Source of the DNA: Fistulifera solaris
Lineage: Eukaryota
Assembly: GCA_030295235.1 (NCBI GenBank)
Contig: AP026127.1
Coordinates: forward strand, 620,001 to 684,000
DNA: 64,000 nucleotides
Direction of reading: 5' to 3'
Shown here: positions 51,504 to 63,428 of the stretch, in pieces
How the letters are laid out: every line of letters starts with the position of its first letter
Position numbering within the stretch: position 1 is the stretch's first letter
The notes under the pieces: model-generated
What the model was told of the DNA's origin: nothing
Databases searched by the model: none
Seen by the model: the letters and a program-made list of their open reading frames with translations, nothing else
Made by a program: the position numbers and the translations under genes

Positions 51504-51731
51504 GGTGCCCGTCTGTCCGTCCGTGTGTAGTGTGTGTGTAGTTTGTGTCACGTGTCACGGGAGACGCGGGAGGCAAGGCGGGAGGATCTTATTATTGTTT
51601 GGCCGCTTTCGCACACCGCATCGTCGGCCAATGCGCTACCTGGTATTATACCTAACAAAATCTTCCATTAATTTGCTTCTTTATACACAAGAAGCGTCGA
51701 TTAATATTATTTGTGATGCTCAAGTAGCAGT

Positions 51732-52919
51732 ATGGGGCAGGAATCGAGGAAGCGTTCCCTGTTGCACTTCTTTTTTTCTTTTGATAGCGTTTCAGCTTCC
51801 ATTCTTCTACCTCTCTCATCGTCACATTCACGACGATGAACCAGCAATCGACCTTGTGACTGTAGGCAATGAAAATGCAACCAACATTTCATTTAATGGG
51901 TCTGAACGCGTAGAATTTTTACACGTTTCCGATCGGGTCTTTCCACGATGGAACAAACCTCTTCCTTGTTACAATGTGACGATCGTCCGGCCGAAATTGG
52001 GTTGGCATCGCGCGCAAAATTTGAAGCAACCTACCAAAGAGGGGCTGTTTTTTGTCAAGCTGCTCAAAACAGGAAGTACGACCGGCGCCAGTATACATCT
52101 TCGAATTGCTCGTAATCTCGCCAAGCGGCGTGGCGTTTCACCCATTTGCCGCACGCGGCATCTGCACGGCTGGGCCGGTCGTCGCATGTACAATTTTGGT
52201 CAACGTGACTTGGAACATTCTTTTCTGTGGACTTTATTGCGGGAACCGACGCCTCGGTATATATCCGAGTTCTTTCACTTTCAAGTATCCCGTAAGAATG
52301 TGAGTGCCACGGACGACAACATCATTGAGTTTTTGCGACACGGCACACATTCCGATCGGCATTATCTTTCGTGGTTGACGCTCCGAGGGTATCGAAAAGC
52401 CACATCACGGGTCGAAACTACGCTTCAGTACATTTTGGACGATTACGATTTCATGGGGATACTGGAACGACTCGATGAATCGGTCGTGGCGCTCCAAATG
52501 ATTCTCAATGTATCACTGGCCGATGTCTTGTCGGTCTCCAGCAAATTGAATGGTGGCCATGACGACGGGCAATACCAAAAGAAATGCTTTCTGATTCAAC
52601 CCAGTTTTGTGTCCTCGGGAGTACAAGCCTTTTTAGAATCAGAAGAATGGCAAGAGTACATTGGTCCTGAACAAGCCTTGTACAATGCCGTCAATCGAAG
52701 TTTGGATCGGACAATTGATGCTTTGGGAGAGAGATTTTTGCGCAAAAGTTACTGGCTTATCAGCAGGCCATGAAAGCTGTATCGCTGCGTTGCCAGAATG
52801 TTCGTTTTCCATGTTCCGAATCGGGGGAACGTCGTTCCGAGACGGATTGCTTAGCTGCCGACATGGGATGCGGCTTCGAGTGTCTGGATCAGGTGAGCAA
52901 TGAATTGAATCTTTGGTGA
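51732..52919 (+). CDS. Golgi-type sulfotransferase (galactose-3-O-sulfotransferase-like); apparent frameshifts near both ends
   Basis: 5'-PSB FVKLLKTGSTT, 3'-PB LREPTPRYISEFFH, YDFMGILERLDES. The shifted frame ends DCLAADMGCGFECLD...W*. The start MGQESRKR is inferred. Confidence 0.8.
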
Positions 52920-53265
52920 CAAAAGGTTTCAATTTTTGTCGGGGTCGGCTCTAAAAGACGGCACTCAGGAGAATCCCTAAGCTCTCAGAGGAAGCAGTTA
53001 GACTAGGTGTACAGTATAGCGTCCCTTAGCTTTTGTTTCCTCTTGAGTCGTCGGAGTTGGCGATTCTCGATTGTGGAGCGAGGAGCGAGAGGAGACCTCG
53101 ATGAAGTAATAACTAGCCAACAGCCAACAGCCAACCTACGATTACGATGACTTCAATGACCGAAAGAACAAGACCGAATCGAGAACATCGCAATGTTATT
53201 TAAATACTATGACGTATTGTGTACTCGATGTACAATAGAAGATGGGAAACGAGAAACTATGAAGG

Positions 53266-53395
53266 GGGAGACTTCCGTTAGGTCTCCAACCAGGGTGAAC
53301 CTCTTCCGATAGCTCTCCCGTTAGGAGAGACGTTAACTGACTACATTCAACTTTACAGTAGAGTACGCGCCATTGGATGTGGTACTAATTACTTA
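53266..53395 (+). repeat. MULE left terminal inverted repeat
   Basis: GGGAGACTTCCGTTAGG...GGTACTAATTACTTA, the reverse complement of 58982-59111. Confidence 0.95.
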
Positions 53396-53565
53396 AAGGC
53401 CTTCCATCCATCATTAGTTCTACTTAGGTCACGCACAATAACCGCACAATCGTTCGCGTTGTGCGTTTGTTCCGCTCCGACTGCCGACAAGATGATCAGA
53501 ACGCTGCATTCCTTATTGTCATAGTTGCCCTTCCGTTCCTACTGTTGCTCTTTTACAACATTAAC

Positions 53566-55750
53566 ATGTCGATCATTGAAACGAAGGAGGCGGCGATCAT
53601 TCGTCACGATTATGCAAAAATATGGGGCACTTCCTCCAACCGGTCCGTATGATTTTGAAAAGTTTCTCTATGACAAACCGATCCCTGAGGATGATCACGA
53701 GGAGCTTCTCCGCAGCATCGCTTTTGTGTACGATCGAAAGCTCTTACGAGATGTCAGCAAGCACGGAGAAAGCCCTTGCTACGTGTGCACTTGCTGCAAA
53801 ACGTTCTCACTTAAGTTCAAGGAAGAAAACGGCGAACTTCGATTGCTACACGACCATCCTAGTACTAACTTCAGGCACAGTTTGTTTTGCACTCCAACAA
53901 ACGACCTCCCAAAGGACTGCCGCAGAAAATCAATGATAGTGCAGAACATTCCTGCTGTTCAAGACTTCTTCAAAACATGCTTCCAGGCACCAAACTTCGA
54001 CAGTCATGCTACTCGCAAGAATCTCAACGCCGTCCTCAGGAAAGAGGGTTTCGACATCGAAGTTGGCCCGACAATGCATTCAAATCTCAAGAAACACTTC
54101 CGTGAGGTCTACCGAAAGGATTTGTTGATGTACAATGAGCTGTTGGCCCAGTATCTTCGGAAATATGTCGAGCTAAATCCAAATGCCTCCGTCAATTTAG
54201 AAACTGACCAGAACTCATGCTTTTTTCGGTCAACTGTGTTCATTGAGAATGCCGGCGCACTTCTTTAGAAATGCCTGCATTCCTGCAATCTTTTAGACGG
54301 AACACACATCCGTATACCCGAACACGATGGAATTGGAGTCCCGATCATAGGGGTCGATGGAAATGGAAGTAACATTCCACTTGGTTTTGGGTTGATTCCC
54401 TCGGAAAACAAGCAAGGGATGATATATATCCTTCTCATGATGTATCAAGCTGGGTTCAATTTCGAAGAGTTTCCAGTATTCACTGACCGAGGACACATTC
54501 TCGCCGCTGTCCGAGCGTTGGCAGAACATTATGGACTGGTTGTTTCCGTGAAGTATTGCTTGATTCATATTCTTCAAACATTTACCATCTATTCAATATC
54601 AATCAACGATCGCTGAGAGGGCAGAGCGGTCGCTTGGTTTATGCGCGAGATGCAAAGCTCCAGATGTTAACGCCTTCTTGGATGCTGCGAAGAAGCTTGT
54701 CAAAGCGCTTCCACAAATTGAAGAAAACGAAACTCTTAGTACCGGTGCGCGAATTGTTATCTATGTTCTTGGGACAATTCATCCTACTCATTGGACTGTG
54801 TTTGGAAATACACCGAGTCAACATGAATCTATGTGGGAGCCCCTATATTTTACCTATCTAGCTGAAGTGAATGGCTTCACAGAGATAAGTGGAGACGTCG
54901 ACGAATGGAGGTGGTTGCTCAACGATCACGTGCCAGTTGGAAACAAGTTCCCTTTATATGGTTTCTGTTCAACAAATCATGTCGAATCGGCCCAGCAGTG
55001 GCTTCTACATCATGAAGTGAGGACTAATACCCCTCCACTAGCCATTTCTAACTTTTTGATGGCGGCTGCCGAATCTCTTCGACAATTTCGAGATGAAATA
55101 ACAACCAAATCTGCTAGGTTCCTCACCATATACTTTCGAAGCTTGCAAGATACAGGCAATGAAGATCTAGATTTTGTAATAGAGGATGCTGAAGGATGCC
55201 CGATGGCAGTTTGAAATTCAAATTGTACGCTGAAAAGCACAAGAAGACGGAGTATGTTACTTATGAACCCACGAGCACTCCGTCCCTGTACTGCTCCTGC
55301 AGTAGAACAGCGATGCGGGAAATCTACTGCGGCCACATCAACCTTGTTTCACGTACAAGATCCTCAACTTGGCCCTCAATCCCACCCTCTGTGTTTTCGC
55401 AATTCTACGAAGAGTTTGGAAAAGTTCCGACAAGTGGTGATCGTCAGCTTCCTTACAGAGTTTCTTAACAACTATCCAGCGACTTGACGTCCCGGGATTT
55501 GGGGATATCAAGCTTGCTTATCAATCAGAAAACATTTATCCATCACCAACTTACACTGACAAGCTTAACTCGGGGAACAGAATAATCAGTAATGGTGAAC
55601 CCGGGACCACGTAAGTCAAAGAAAAAGAAGCAATCGGCGCTGGAATCAGCACGAATGACAAAGGAGTATGAGCCAAGTTCAAAGAACAAGCTCAGTCGAA
55701 ATAACGATGCAATAGCAGAAGCGATTGCCGCCCGATGGTCTGTTTGATTT
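53566..55750 (+). CDS. MULE (MuDR-type) DDE transposase with SWIM zinc finger; several apparent frameshifts, 3' boundary uncertain
   Basis: LDGTH (D at 54296), GVDGNG..PLGFGLIPSEN, VFTDRG (D at 54485), KYCLIH (CxxH), STNHVES (E at 54984). SWIM CSCSRTAMREIYCGH. N-terminal CTCC...RHSLFC. Confidence 0.88.
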
Positions 55751-57987
55751 TGGGACCAAACCAAAGGCGGAACACATGCAACAGCTAGAATCAACTCTTG
55801 GACGAACGTGAGACGGCAAGCCCTTACCTCGGCACTGCTTTCACTGCAGATCACCGAATCACACAATTCGACAGTGTCTGGACTACCTCAAAGATGATCG
55901 AAGGTACATGGATCCTGCATTACTTGAAACTGGCGCAATTCTGGTCAACCATTTCCCAACATGCGTCATTGACATGGATGCAGGAATTACTTCTGAAGAT
56001 TTGGACAACGATGATACCTCCGGGAGGACATGGCCTTCACAATATTGACAAGATTGGCTTAGTAGAAGACTCTGATGCAGCCAATGCCATTGTCCAGTCA
56101 CGGATTTTAAAGCTTACTGGAGAAGACGCTGCAGAAATTCACGCTGAAGACGACAACGAAAATAACTATCTTCTGGATATGGACCTTGCTCCGTCAGGTA
56201 GTAACCGAGATATTGTAGTAATTATTCGTGACAAGGATTACACGGAAAGAAGAAGTCACGAACAAGAATTGACCATGGTTGATGATGTCGAGGTAGGCAT
56301 CCATGACGATTCCCGTCTGAACAGTGCACACTCGGGTCATCTGTCGACAATTCTAGAGGATGAAGATGTGGAACCAAGCACCGCACATAATGCTTTTGCC
56401 TCAAGTCCCGCAACAACAGAATATTCAGTAAATGAAATGCCAACAACTAGAACAAAGAGGAGATCCAAACAAGTAACGAATTTAAAAGCGCAGAAGGCAA
56501 GTCCATCTACCGCGCAAAGTCATCGATATTGAAGACAGCGACCGCATCCAGACCGAATTTGAAACCACCGACCACAACAGCTTGTGCTTCCAGTCCAGCA
56601 ACAACAGATTTTTCATTAGTCAAAATGGCAACGAGAAAGAGGAAAACGGCCGAAACAGCCACCAAATCAAAAAGCTGAAGGAACAAGTCCCGCCACAACT
56701 GATTCGTCAATCTTTGAGAGGCCGACCATGAAGAGTCAAAATCTGAAGCCACCACCTGATATCAGAGCTCATGCCTTGACTATCGAGTCTTCAATGAATG
56801 AGAATACAACACAAAAAAGGAAAAGATCGAAACTGACAGCAAATTCCAGAGCCAAAGGCCCGACTCATGCCCGTAAAAAGAAGTTGAAACCGCCACCGAT
56901 TGCAGAAGCAAAAGCAGGAAGTCCCGCCACAGCAGTTTCTTCCATAGTTGAGATGCCAACTATGAAGAGGGGTAATCTGAGAGCACTGCCAAGATCTCAT
57001 TCGAAACAGTCCAACAACCGAAGTATCACGATTCCTGAAGATATGATTATAAAGATACCGAAGACAGAACCCACTAATGCAAGTCCCGCCACGTCTGCTA
57101 GTGACGATTCATCACATGTATTTAAAAGGCGATTAGACATCCAAAAGAAGAATGCAAGTCCCGCCAAATCCGGTAATCTCAGTGACGATTCGTCGCATTT
57201 CCTGAAAATGCCGGCTAGATCTGCGAAGAAAGAACTTGGCACAAAATGAAGCTCTCAAGTTCATTTTCAGTGGGTATTCCGAAAACCAGAAGAACTCGTA
57301 GAGCTATAACAAGTCCCGCTACTGCCACTAGTGGGACCTCATCACAATTCTTGAGAACACCCTTCGACCTGAGACGTAAGATTGTAGATCCCAGAAATGA
57401 AAATCAATTTTCATTACGCCGACAACAAGTAAGGCAAATTGGAGTAGCCCCTTTGCAACCCCCAGTCATTACTGATGAACCATCAAAGATCGTATCCTAT
57501 TTTTACGACACAGCTTATCCATTTGTGGGAACCATTGAGCAATTAAATTGTTTGGTTCAAGAACACGAGTTTGATATTCCAGAATCATTTCACGGAAACG
57601 GAAACAAATGATTTAACGATGAAAAGAAGGGCTTCAACCCGAAAACGCAAGGCAGCAAACCAGCGAGGACTTGTGAGTGAGAACAATATTGCAATCCACG
57701 TGCGCGGAATACTCTTGCAGAGACAGCAAAAGGAAAGAAGTGGAATAGAATCATTTATCACTGTAGGGACAAGAAAGAATGGAAACGATCTGATTTACAA
57801 CAAAGAAGATGCCAGGGGATCTCTTCGGTCACTCCTTTTTGCAATCCAGTGCAAGGGCGTTGATAAAGGTCGCGGAGTCGTCCACGACCTGAAGAGGGAA
57901 AGAAGCATCATATCAAGGTGCTAAGTGGTGCCACGGCATCCATAACCAGTGAATGCCTTGAAATTATGAACTCGCAATGTTATTTCA

Positions 57988-58619
57988 ATGACGATTGTGA
58001 ACAGTTTCCTTGAAAGCATAACAAGCAAGACCGTAACGGATGAGGGAGTTATTGCACACCCGTCGTATGTCATGAGTAATCTGTGGGATTCCGCCAACCA
58101 AAATATTAAGAGAGAGGGTAGACTGCAGCTTAGTTCAGCGTTTGTGGCATTGAATTCTATGACAAAATCGAACAATTTGGGCATTCATTTATTCCCTATG
58201 TGCAAGGAGAGGCACTGGTGGTTGATGGTGGTTGATGCCGATAATCGAGTTATTTATTCGCTCGACTCCCTCGAAGATCCGGACGATCACTACTCTAATG
58301 CTGTCTGGCTTTCAGGTTTATTTAAATTCGCGCGGTGAGGCAGCAATTAGAATGCGCGTCAACAAGCGAGCAGCAGGAATCAACATTACCCGATTTCGCT
58401 CCGTGGGAATACCAAGAAATGCGTCTTCCCAATAAACTATTGCAACATGATGGCCATAGTTGCGGACCATATGTATGTTTTTATGCGGCGACAATTCTGA
58501 AACATGGTCGACGTGCCCTCAATGAGAGGACATGGTTCCTTGACTCTATTTCGGAGATTGGAGTCGGAGATGATCTCCGACCTTTTGTATTTGATGTTAT
58601 GTTTCAATTGGCTGAATGA
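57988..58619 (+). CDS. Ulp1/SENP-like C48 cysteine protease domain carried by the MULE; apparent frameshift near 58336
   Basis: Catalytic motifs in the expected order: LFPMCKERHWWLMVVD (His), IYSLDSL (Asp), LQHDGHSCGPYVC (oxyanion Gln and Cys). Confidence 0.85.
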
Positions 58620-58981
58620 CACGTATAGAGTAATGTGTGATATTAATCAACCAAGTCTAGTTTGAAACTGAAATTGTGTAGATTGGGTTTTGATTATTTA
58701 CACGAAGTAGTTTTCGACGAAAGCCTTGATCGGTGGAAGGTCACGTAGGCTGGGTTTTTCTTTATTGGAAGGTCGCTCGCTGCATCAGGGTCACGTAGGC
58801 TGGTTTTTCTTTATTGACAATTGAGAGCGGTCGCTCGCTGACTTTTTCTTTATCAAGAGCGGTCGCGCTCGCTGACTATTGTTTATTGAGGATTTGGTTA
58901 TCTTAGAGGGGTGATTCATGAATCATCCGGGACTGTCATTCATAAGGCTTTGTTACTTTATCGAGCAACCTAAGTAGATTC

Positions 58982-59111
58982 TAAGTAATTAGTACCACAT
59001 CCAATGGCGCGTACTCTACTGTAAAGTTGAATGTAGTCAGTTAACGTCTCTCCTAACGGGAGAGCTATCGGAAGAGGTTCACCCTGGTTGGAGACCTAAC
59101 GGAAGTCTCCC
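58982..59111 (-). repeat. MULE right terminal inverted repeat
   Basis: TAAGTAATTAGTACC...CCTAACGGAAGTCTCCC, followed by the TSD ACTATGAAG. Confidence 0.95.
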
Positions 59112-59328
59112 ACTATGAAGACAAGACGACGTCACAATGGAAAATCTACTTGCCAAGCCTACACGGCTATGCGTATCAATTATCAATCACCCTCGACCGC
59201 CATGAGCGCATTGTGTCTCTCGCATCTCTCACCTTTTTTGCGAAGAGGACGAATACGAATTGATCAATAACCAATCCACTTCTGGCTTATCGTTGCTTCT
59301 ACTGCAGTTTTCTTTCTCCATCGAGAAG

Positions 59329-61137
59329 ATGTCGCCATCTTTGTCTCTTTGCAAAGTGGCGCTTGTGGCCCTTTTCCTCTCTTTTCTGCCTAGCTGCACT
59401 TCTCGGGCAACTTGCATTTGACTCCGAGGCTTTGGGAGTCCAGTCACCGGGAACGCTGAGCTCACAAAAAAGATATTACAACATTTGTGAAATACTTGAT
59501 AATCAATCTCCCGCGTCTTTATGGGCCCAGAATCTAAAACGTATCTTACGTGCGAGCCAAAGCCCCCTTGATGTGGATTATCAACTGCAGATTCCGACAG
59601 CCCAAGTACTGAAAGTGATTACTCCCAGGCTACATAGTGGCTTAAAATCAACTCCTCGTGACTGGCAAGCTCTGGAAAATGTGATCGAGACAACTAATCG
59701 AAGACTGGCTTATTTGAATGCAAAGAAGGAAGGTCATTTGATTGAAGAAGCCCGTCCTTTAAAGATCCTGGTTTTGGGTGGGTCTGTTACGAAGGGAGTC
59801 AACTGTAAGACTGGTATTAAGGATTACCATGACGTTGAATGCAGTTGGGTGGTCCGGCTTGAAACATTGCTCAATAACTTGGCCGGTGATCGGGTGGTGG
59901 ACGTGCACTTGGCAGCGGTGGGTGGAACGAATTCGGCTACTGCGCAAGCCATGTTAGAGTATGATCTTTTACCAGAAAAGATGAGAGAGCCTGATATCAT
60001 AATTAATGCCTATGCAACCAATGATATGCACATTTTGACGCTTCAGGAAGCTACGAGTCAAAATATCTCACTGCAAGAGAAAATCTTTGGGATGGCGCAG
60101 AATTTCACACGCACTGCGCTCCAGCAATGCACAGAGGAAGGAAAGACACCCTTACTTCTTTGGCTTGATGACTATTTGGGGAATGAACAAAGAGAAATAC
60201 TCGCTACTTCGGACTTTATTCAAAGCCTGCAAGTACTTGCGGGCTATTACGGATTTGGACTCATGTCCTATGCCGATACCGTGCGTGATCTTGTTTACGG
60301 TTCCACTGGCGAGCGATCTTTTCACCGCCCGGATGGTATAAAAACGGTCCCGAGATGAAACGAGAAATCCATCCACCGTACCCCATGCATATCGCGGTGT
60401 CGTACATTGTCGCCTACACCTTTTTGCAACTCGCGTCGAATCACTGCGGCTTGAAATCATGGAAAATTACTTCATGGGAGAATAATCTCGATTACTTCGA
60501 TGCGCCGATTCCAGATTTCCTTGACACAAAAGGAAGCATGCCTACTTTGGATTCGCCACCACTGCCTCGACCAAAAGGACTCCCTCCTTTCTTGACCAGC
60601 GATCTCAAGTTGGACGATATTTCGAAGTTGTGGCGCGAAGCGGCGCCGACACAGTGTGAAGCGGAAAAGGCGAACCGGGTTCGTTGTCCAGTGGGCTGGG
60701 TCAGTGGTTTTCGGCCGGATTTAAAGACAAATAACACCATGAATTACTTTGCGCCATATATTCGGGAGCCATTCGAATGGGAATGGCGGAACGACAAAGG
60801 GAAATTCGGATGGCTACCAACTCTTTCAAGTGGCGCAAAGATGGCTTTTGACTTTCCTTTGGAGCAGGAGATCCATCGCATAGTGTTATTCTACATGAAG
60901 AGCTACGGGGCAACATGGGAAAGGTCAAAGTCTCGTTTGCATGTCTACCTTGATGACGATAAAAGGGACGTCCCGTCTCTCGAAGTTTCTTTATCTGGGT
61001 TTCACGACAAAGAAACGAGTGAAGTATACGTGGAGGAGGTGCAGCTACCACGCGGAGCGTCGAGGAGGCTTCAAATGACGGTTGAGCATGCAGCTGGGAA
61101 GACATTCAAGCTGATGGGATTCGCGATTTGCAGCTGA
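59329..61137 (+). CDS. SGNH/GDSL-hydrolase-like type II membrane protein, paralogue 1; apparent frameshifts
   Basis: N-terminal TM. Block I ILVLGGSVTKG, block II GGTNS, block III AYATND, block V EIHP. C-terminal LFYMKSYG...FKLMGFAICS. Confidence 0.75.
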
Positions 61138-61581
61138 ACTTTACGCCTCGGTGTTTCTTTTGAAAACAACGGATTCTAAGTTCGACATGGTGCACGCTCG
61201 AAGTTTCATTAGAACACATTAGCTGGTTCAGAAAATGATGGCGAGAAACAGGAAAACGAGCTCGTCGATTAAACGTCAGCTGTGTAAGGTACATGGTATT
61301 TCGTTTAATTATCCTAGATTCTTTGTAGAAAATGTAATTTGTGGATGGTAAACGCTCCCATAATTCTTTGTGTTCCTTAAGCGTCCAGCTTGATTGTATC
61401 GCAAAATAGAAGGGGCAAAACATAGCCGTTTGGTGATTGGGCCTTAGCGAAGGTGACGTCATTCGCATGATGACCTTTCCCGTGTGACGATAACAACATG
61501 ATAACACATCATACTCCGGGGTAATAGCTGTGTTGCTATCATAATCTCAACATTTGCTTCTCATTCACTGTTGAAGAAGGA

Positions 61582-63428
61582 ATGGAAGGTAATCAAAAGC
61601 CGCAACGTCCCTGGTTGAATCTAAGAACGCAACTATTCGTTTTCCTGTCCCTGTTCTGCGCGGCAGACCTCTTTCGGCAACACGAAACCTTTCAGACGAA
61701 CGCACCGCAAGTCTTTTTCACATCTTCCTACCATGACCAATCCAGTCAACACCTGGCTGCAATAAACGACAGTATATGTGGCATACTCGACAATCAATCT
61801 CCTACAGCTTTATGGGCAAATCACATTGAAACCATTTTACGGGCCAGTCAAAGCCCTATTGACACAAATTATGTTTTGAAGGATCCGACGGCCCAAGTAC
61901 TGAAAATCATCACACCCAGATTACACAATGGTCTCAAATCCAACCCACGTGACTGGCAAACACTTCAGAATGTGGTTGAAACAACCAATCGAAGACTCGC
62001 TTATTTGAAAGCAAAAAGAGAAGGCCATGCGATGGAAGAGGCCCGACCTTTGAAGATTCTTGTCATGGGCGGGTCCGTGACAAAAGGAGTCGGTTGTAAG
62101 ACCAGCATCAAAAATTACAATGGAATAGACTGTTGCTGGGCGACACGACTCGAAACATTACTGAACGGCTTGGTTGGTGATCGAGTGGTGGATGTACATT
62201 TGGCAGCGGTGAGCGCCACTAATTCGGCGACGGGGCAAGTTATGCTCGAATACAACCTGATACCCGAGGAAATGAGGGGACCCGATATCATCATCAGTGC
62301 GTATTCCACGAATGATATGCATGTTTTTACCATCAAAGAAGCCATGAGTCAAAACATCTCGTTACGAGAGAAAATATTCGGAATGGCGCAGAATTTACAC
62401 GCACTGCCTTGCAGCAGTGTACAGAGGAAGGGAACACGCCCTTGTTGTTCTGGCTCGATGATTATTTAGGAAATGAGCAATACGAAGTATTGGGCACCTC
62501 GGAATTCATACAAGGGCTCCAAGTATTGGCTGGCTACTATGGTTTCGGGCTCTTGTCGTACGCGGACATGGTACGTGATCTTGTTTACGGCACGACCACT
62601 GAGAGATCGTTTTCACCAGCGGGATGGTACAATAAGAGTCCAGAAATGAAAAAAGAAATCCATTCACCGTATCCGATGCATATTGCGGTTGCGTATCTTT
62701 TCGCATATACATTCCTTGAGCTAGCTTCGGCATACTGTGGTCTTGAATCATGGAATGTGACGACATGGGAGAACAAAGAGAACTATTACAATGCAGCCGT
62801 TCCAGGACTTCCAGACACGCGAGAAAGCTCACAAACCTTAGACACGCCGCCCCAACCTCGCCCGATCGGTCTTCCTCCCCCCTTGGACTCCCACCTGAAG
62901 TTGGACGACATTTCGAAGTTGTGGAGGGAAGCTTCTTCAACGACGTGCGATGCTGACCGAGCGAACCGGGTTCGCTGTCCCGTTGGATGGATCAGTGGCT
63001 TTCGACCGGACCATACTACAGATGATGTGATGAATTACTTTCAACCGTACATTCAAGAGCCCTTTGAATGGGAATGGCGGATGCAGAACAAAAAGGCTGG
63101 CTGGCTACCCAAAGCCGTGACCGGCGCTACGATGACGTTTGAATTTCCATTGGAACAGGAAATTCATCGCCTGGTATTGTTTTATATGAAAAGCTATGGG
63201 GAATTGTGGGAAAATTCAAAGGCTGAGATAGAAATCTACTTGGATGAAGACAATGTCGATGATCACATCATTCAACTTTCACTAAGTGGCGTGCATGATA
63301 AGAGGGCGAGCGAGATATATTCAGAAGAAATTCTCTTGCCTCGTGGTGCGTCCAAGAAGCTTGGAATCACGGTCAAACATACAGCGGGAAACATATTTAA
63401 GTTGATGGGTTTCGCGATTTGCAGTTAA
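61582..63428 (+). CDS. SGNH/GDSL-hydrolase-like protein, paralogue 2; apparent frameshift near 62395
   Basis: Colinear and highly similar to paralogue 1 (ILVMGGSVTKG, SATNS, AYSTND, EIHS, FKLMGFAICS). Confidence 0.75.

Larger units (their letters stand above)
53265..59111 (+). mobile_element. Complete Mutator-like DNA transposon (MULE), about 5.85 kb
   Basis: 130-bp TIRs (53266-53395 and 58982-59111). 9-bp TSD ACTATGAAG (53256-53264 and 59112-59120). Internal MULE transposase. Confidence 0.95.

Noticed and set aside
50282..53016. TACAGTA 7-mers as classical mariner footprints
   Set aside because: About 8 are expected by chance in this window and no empty-site comparison supports them.
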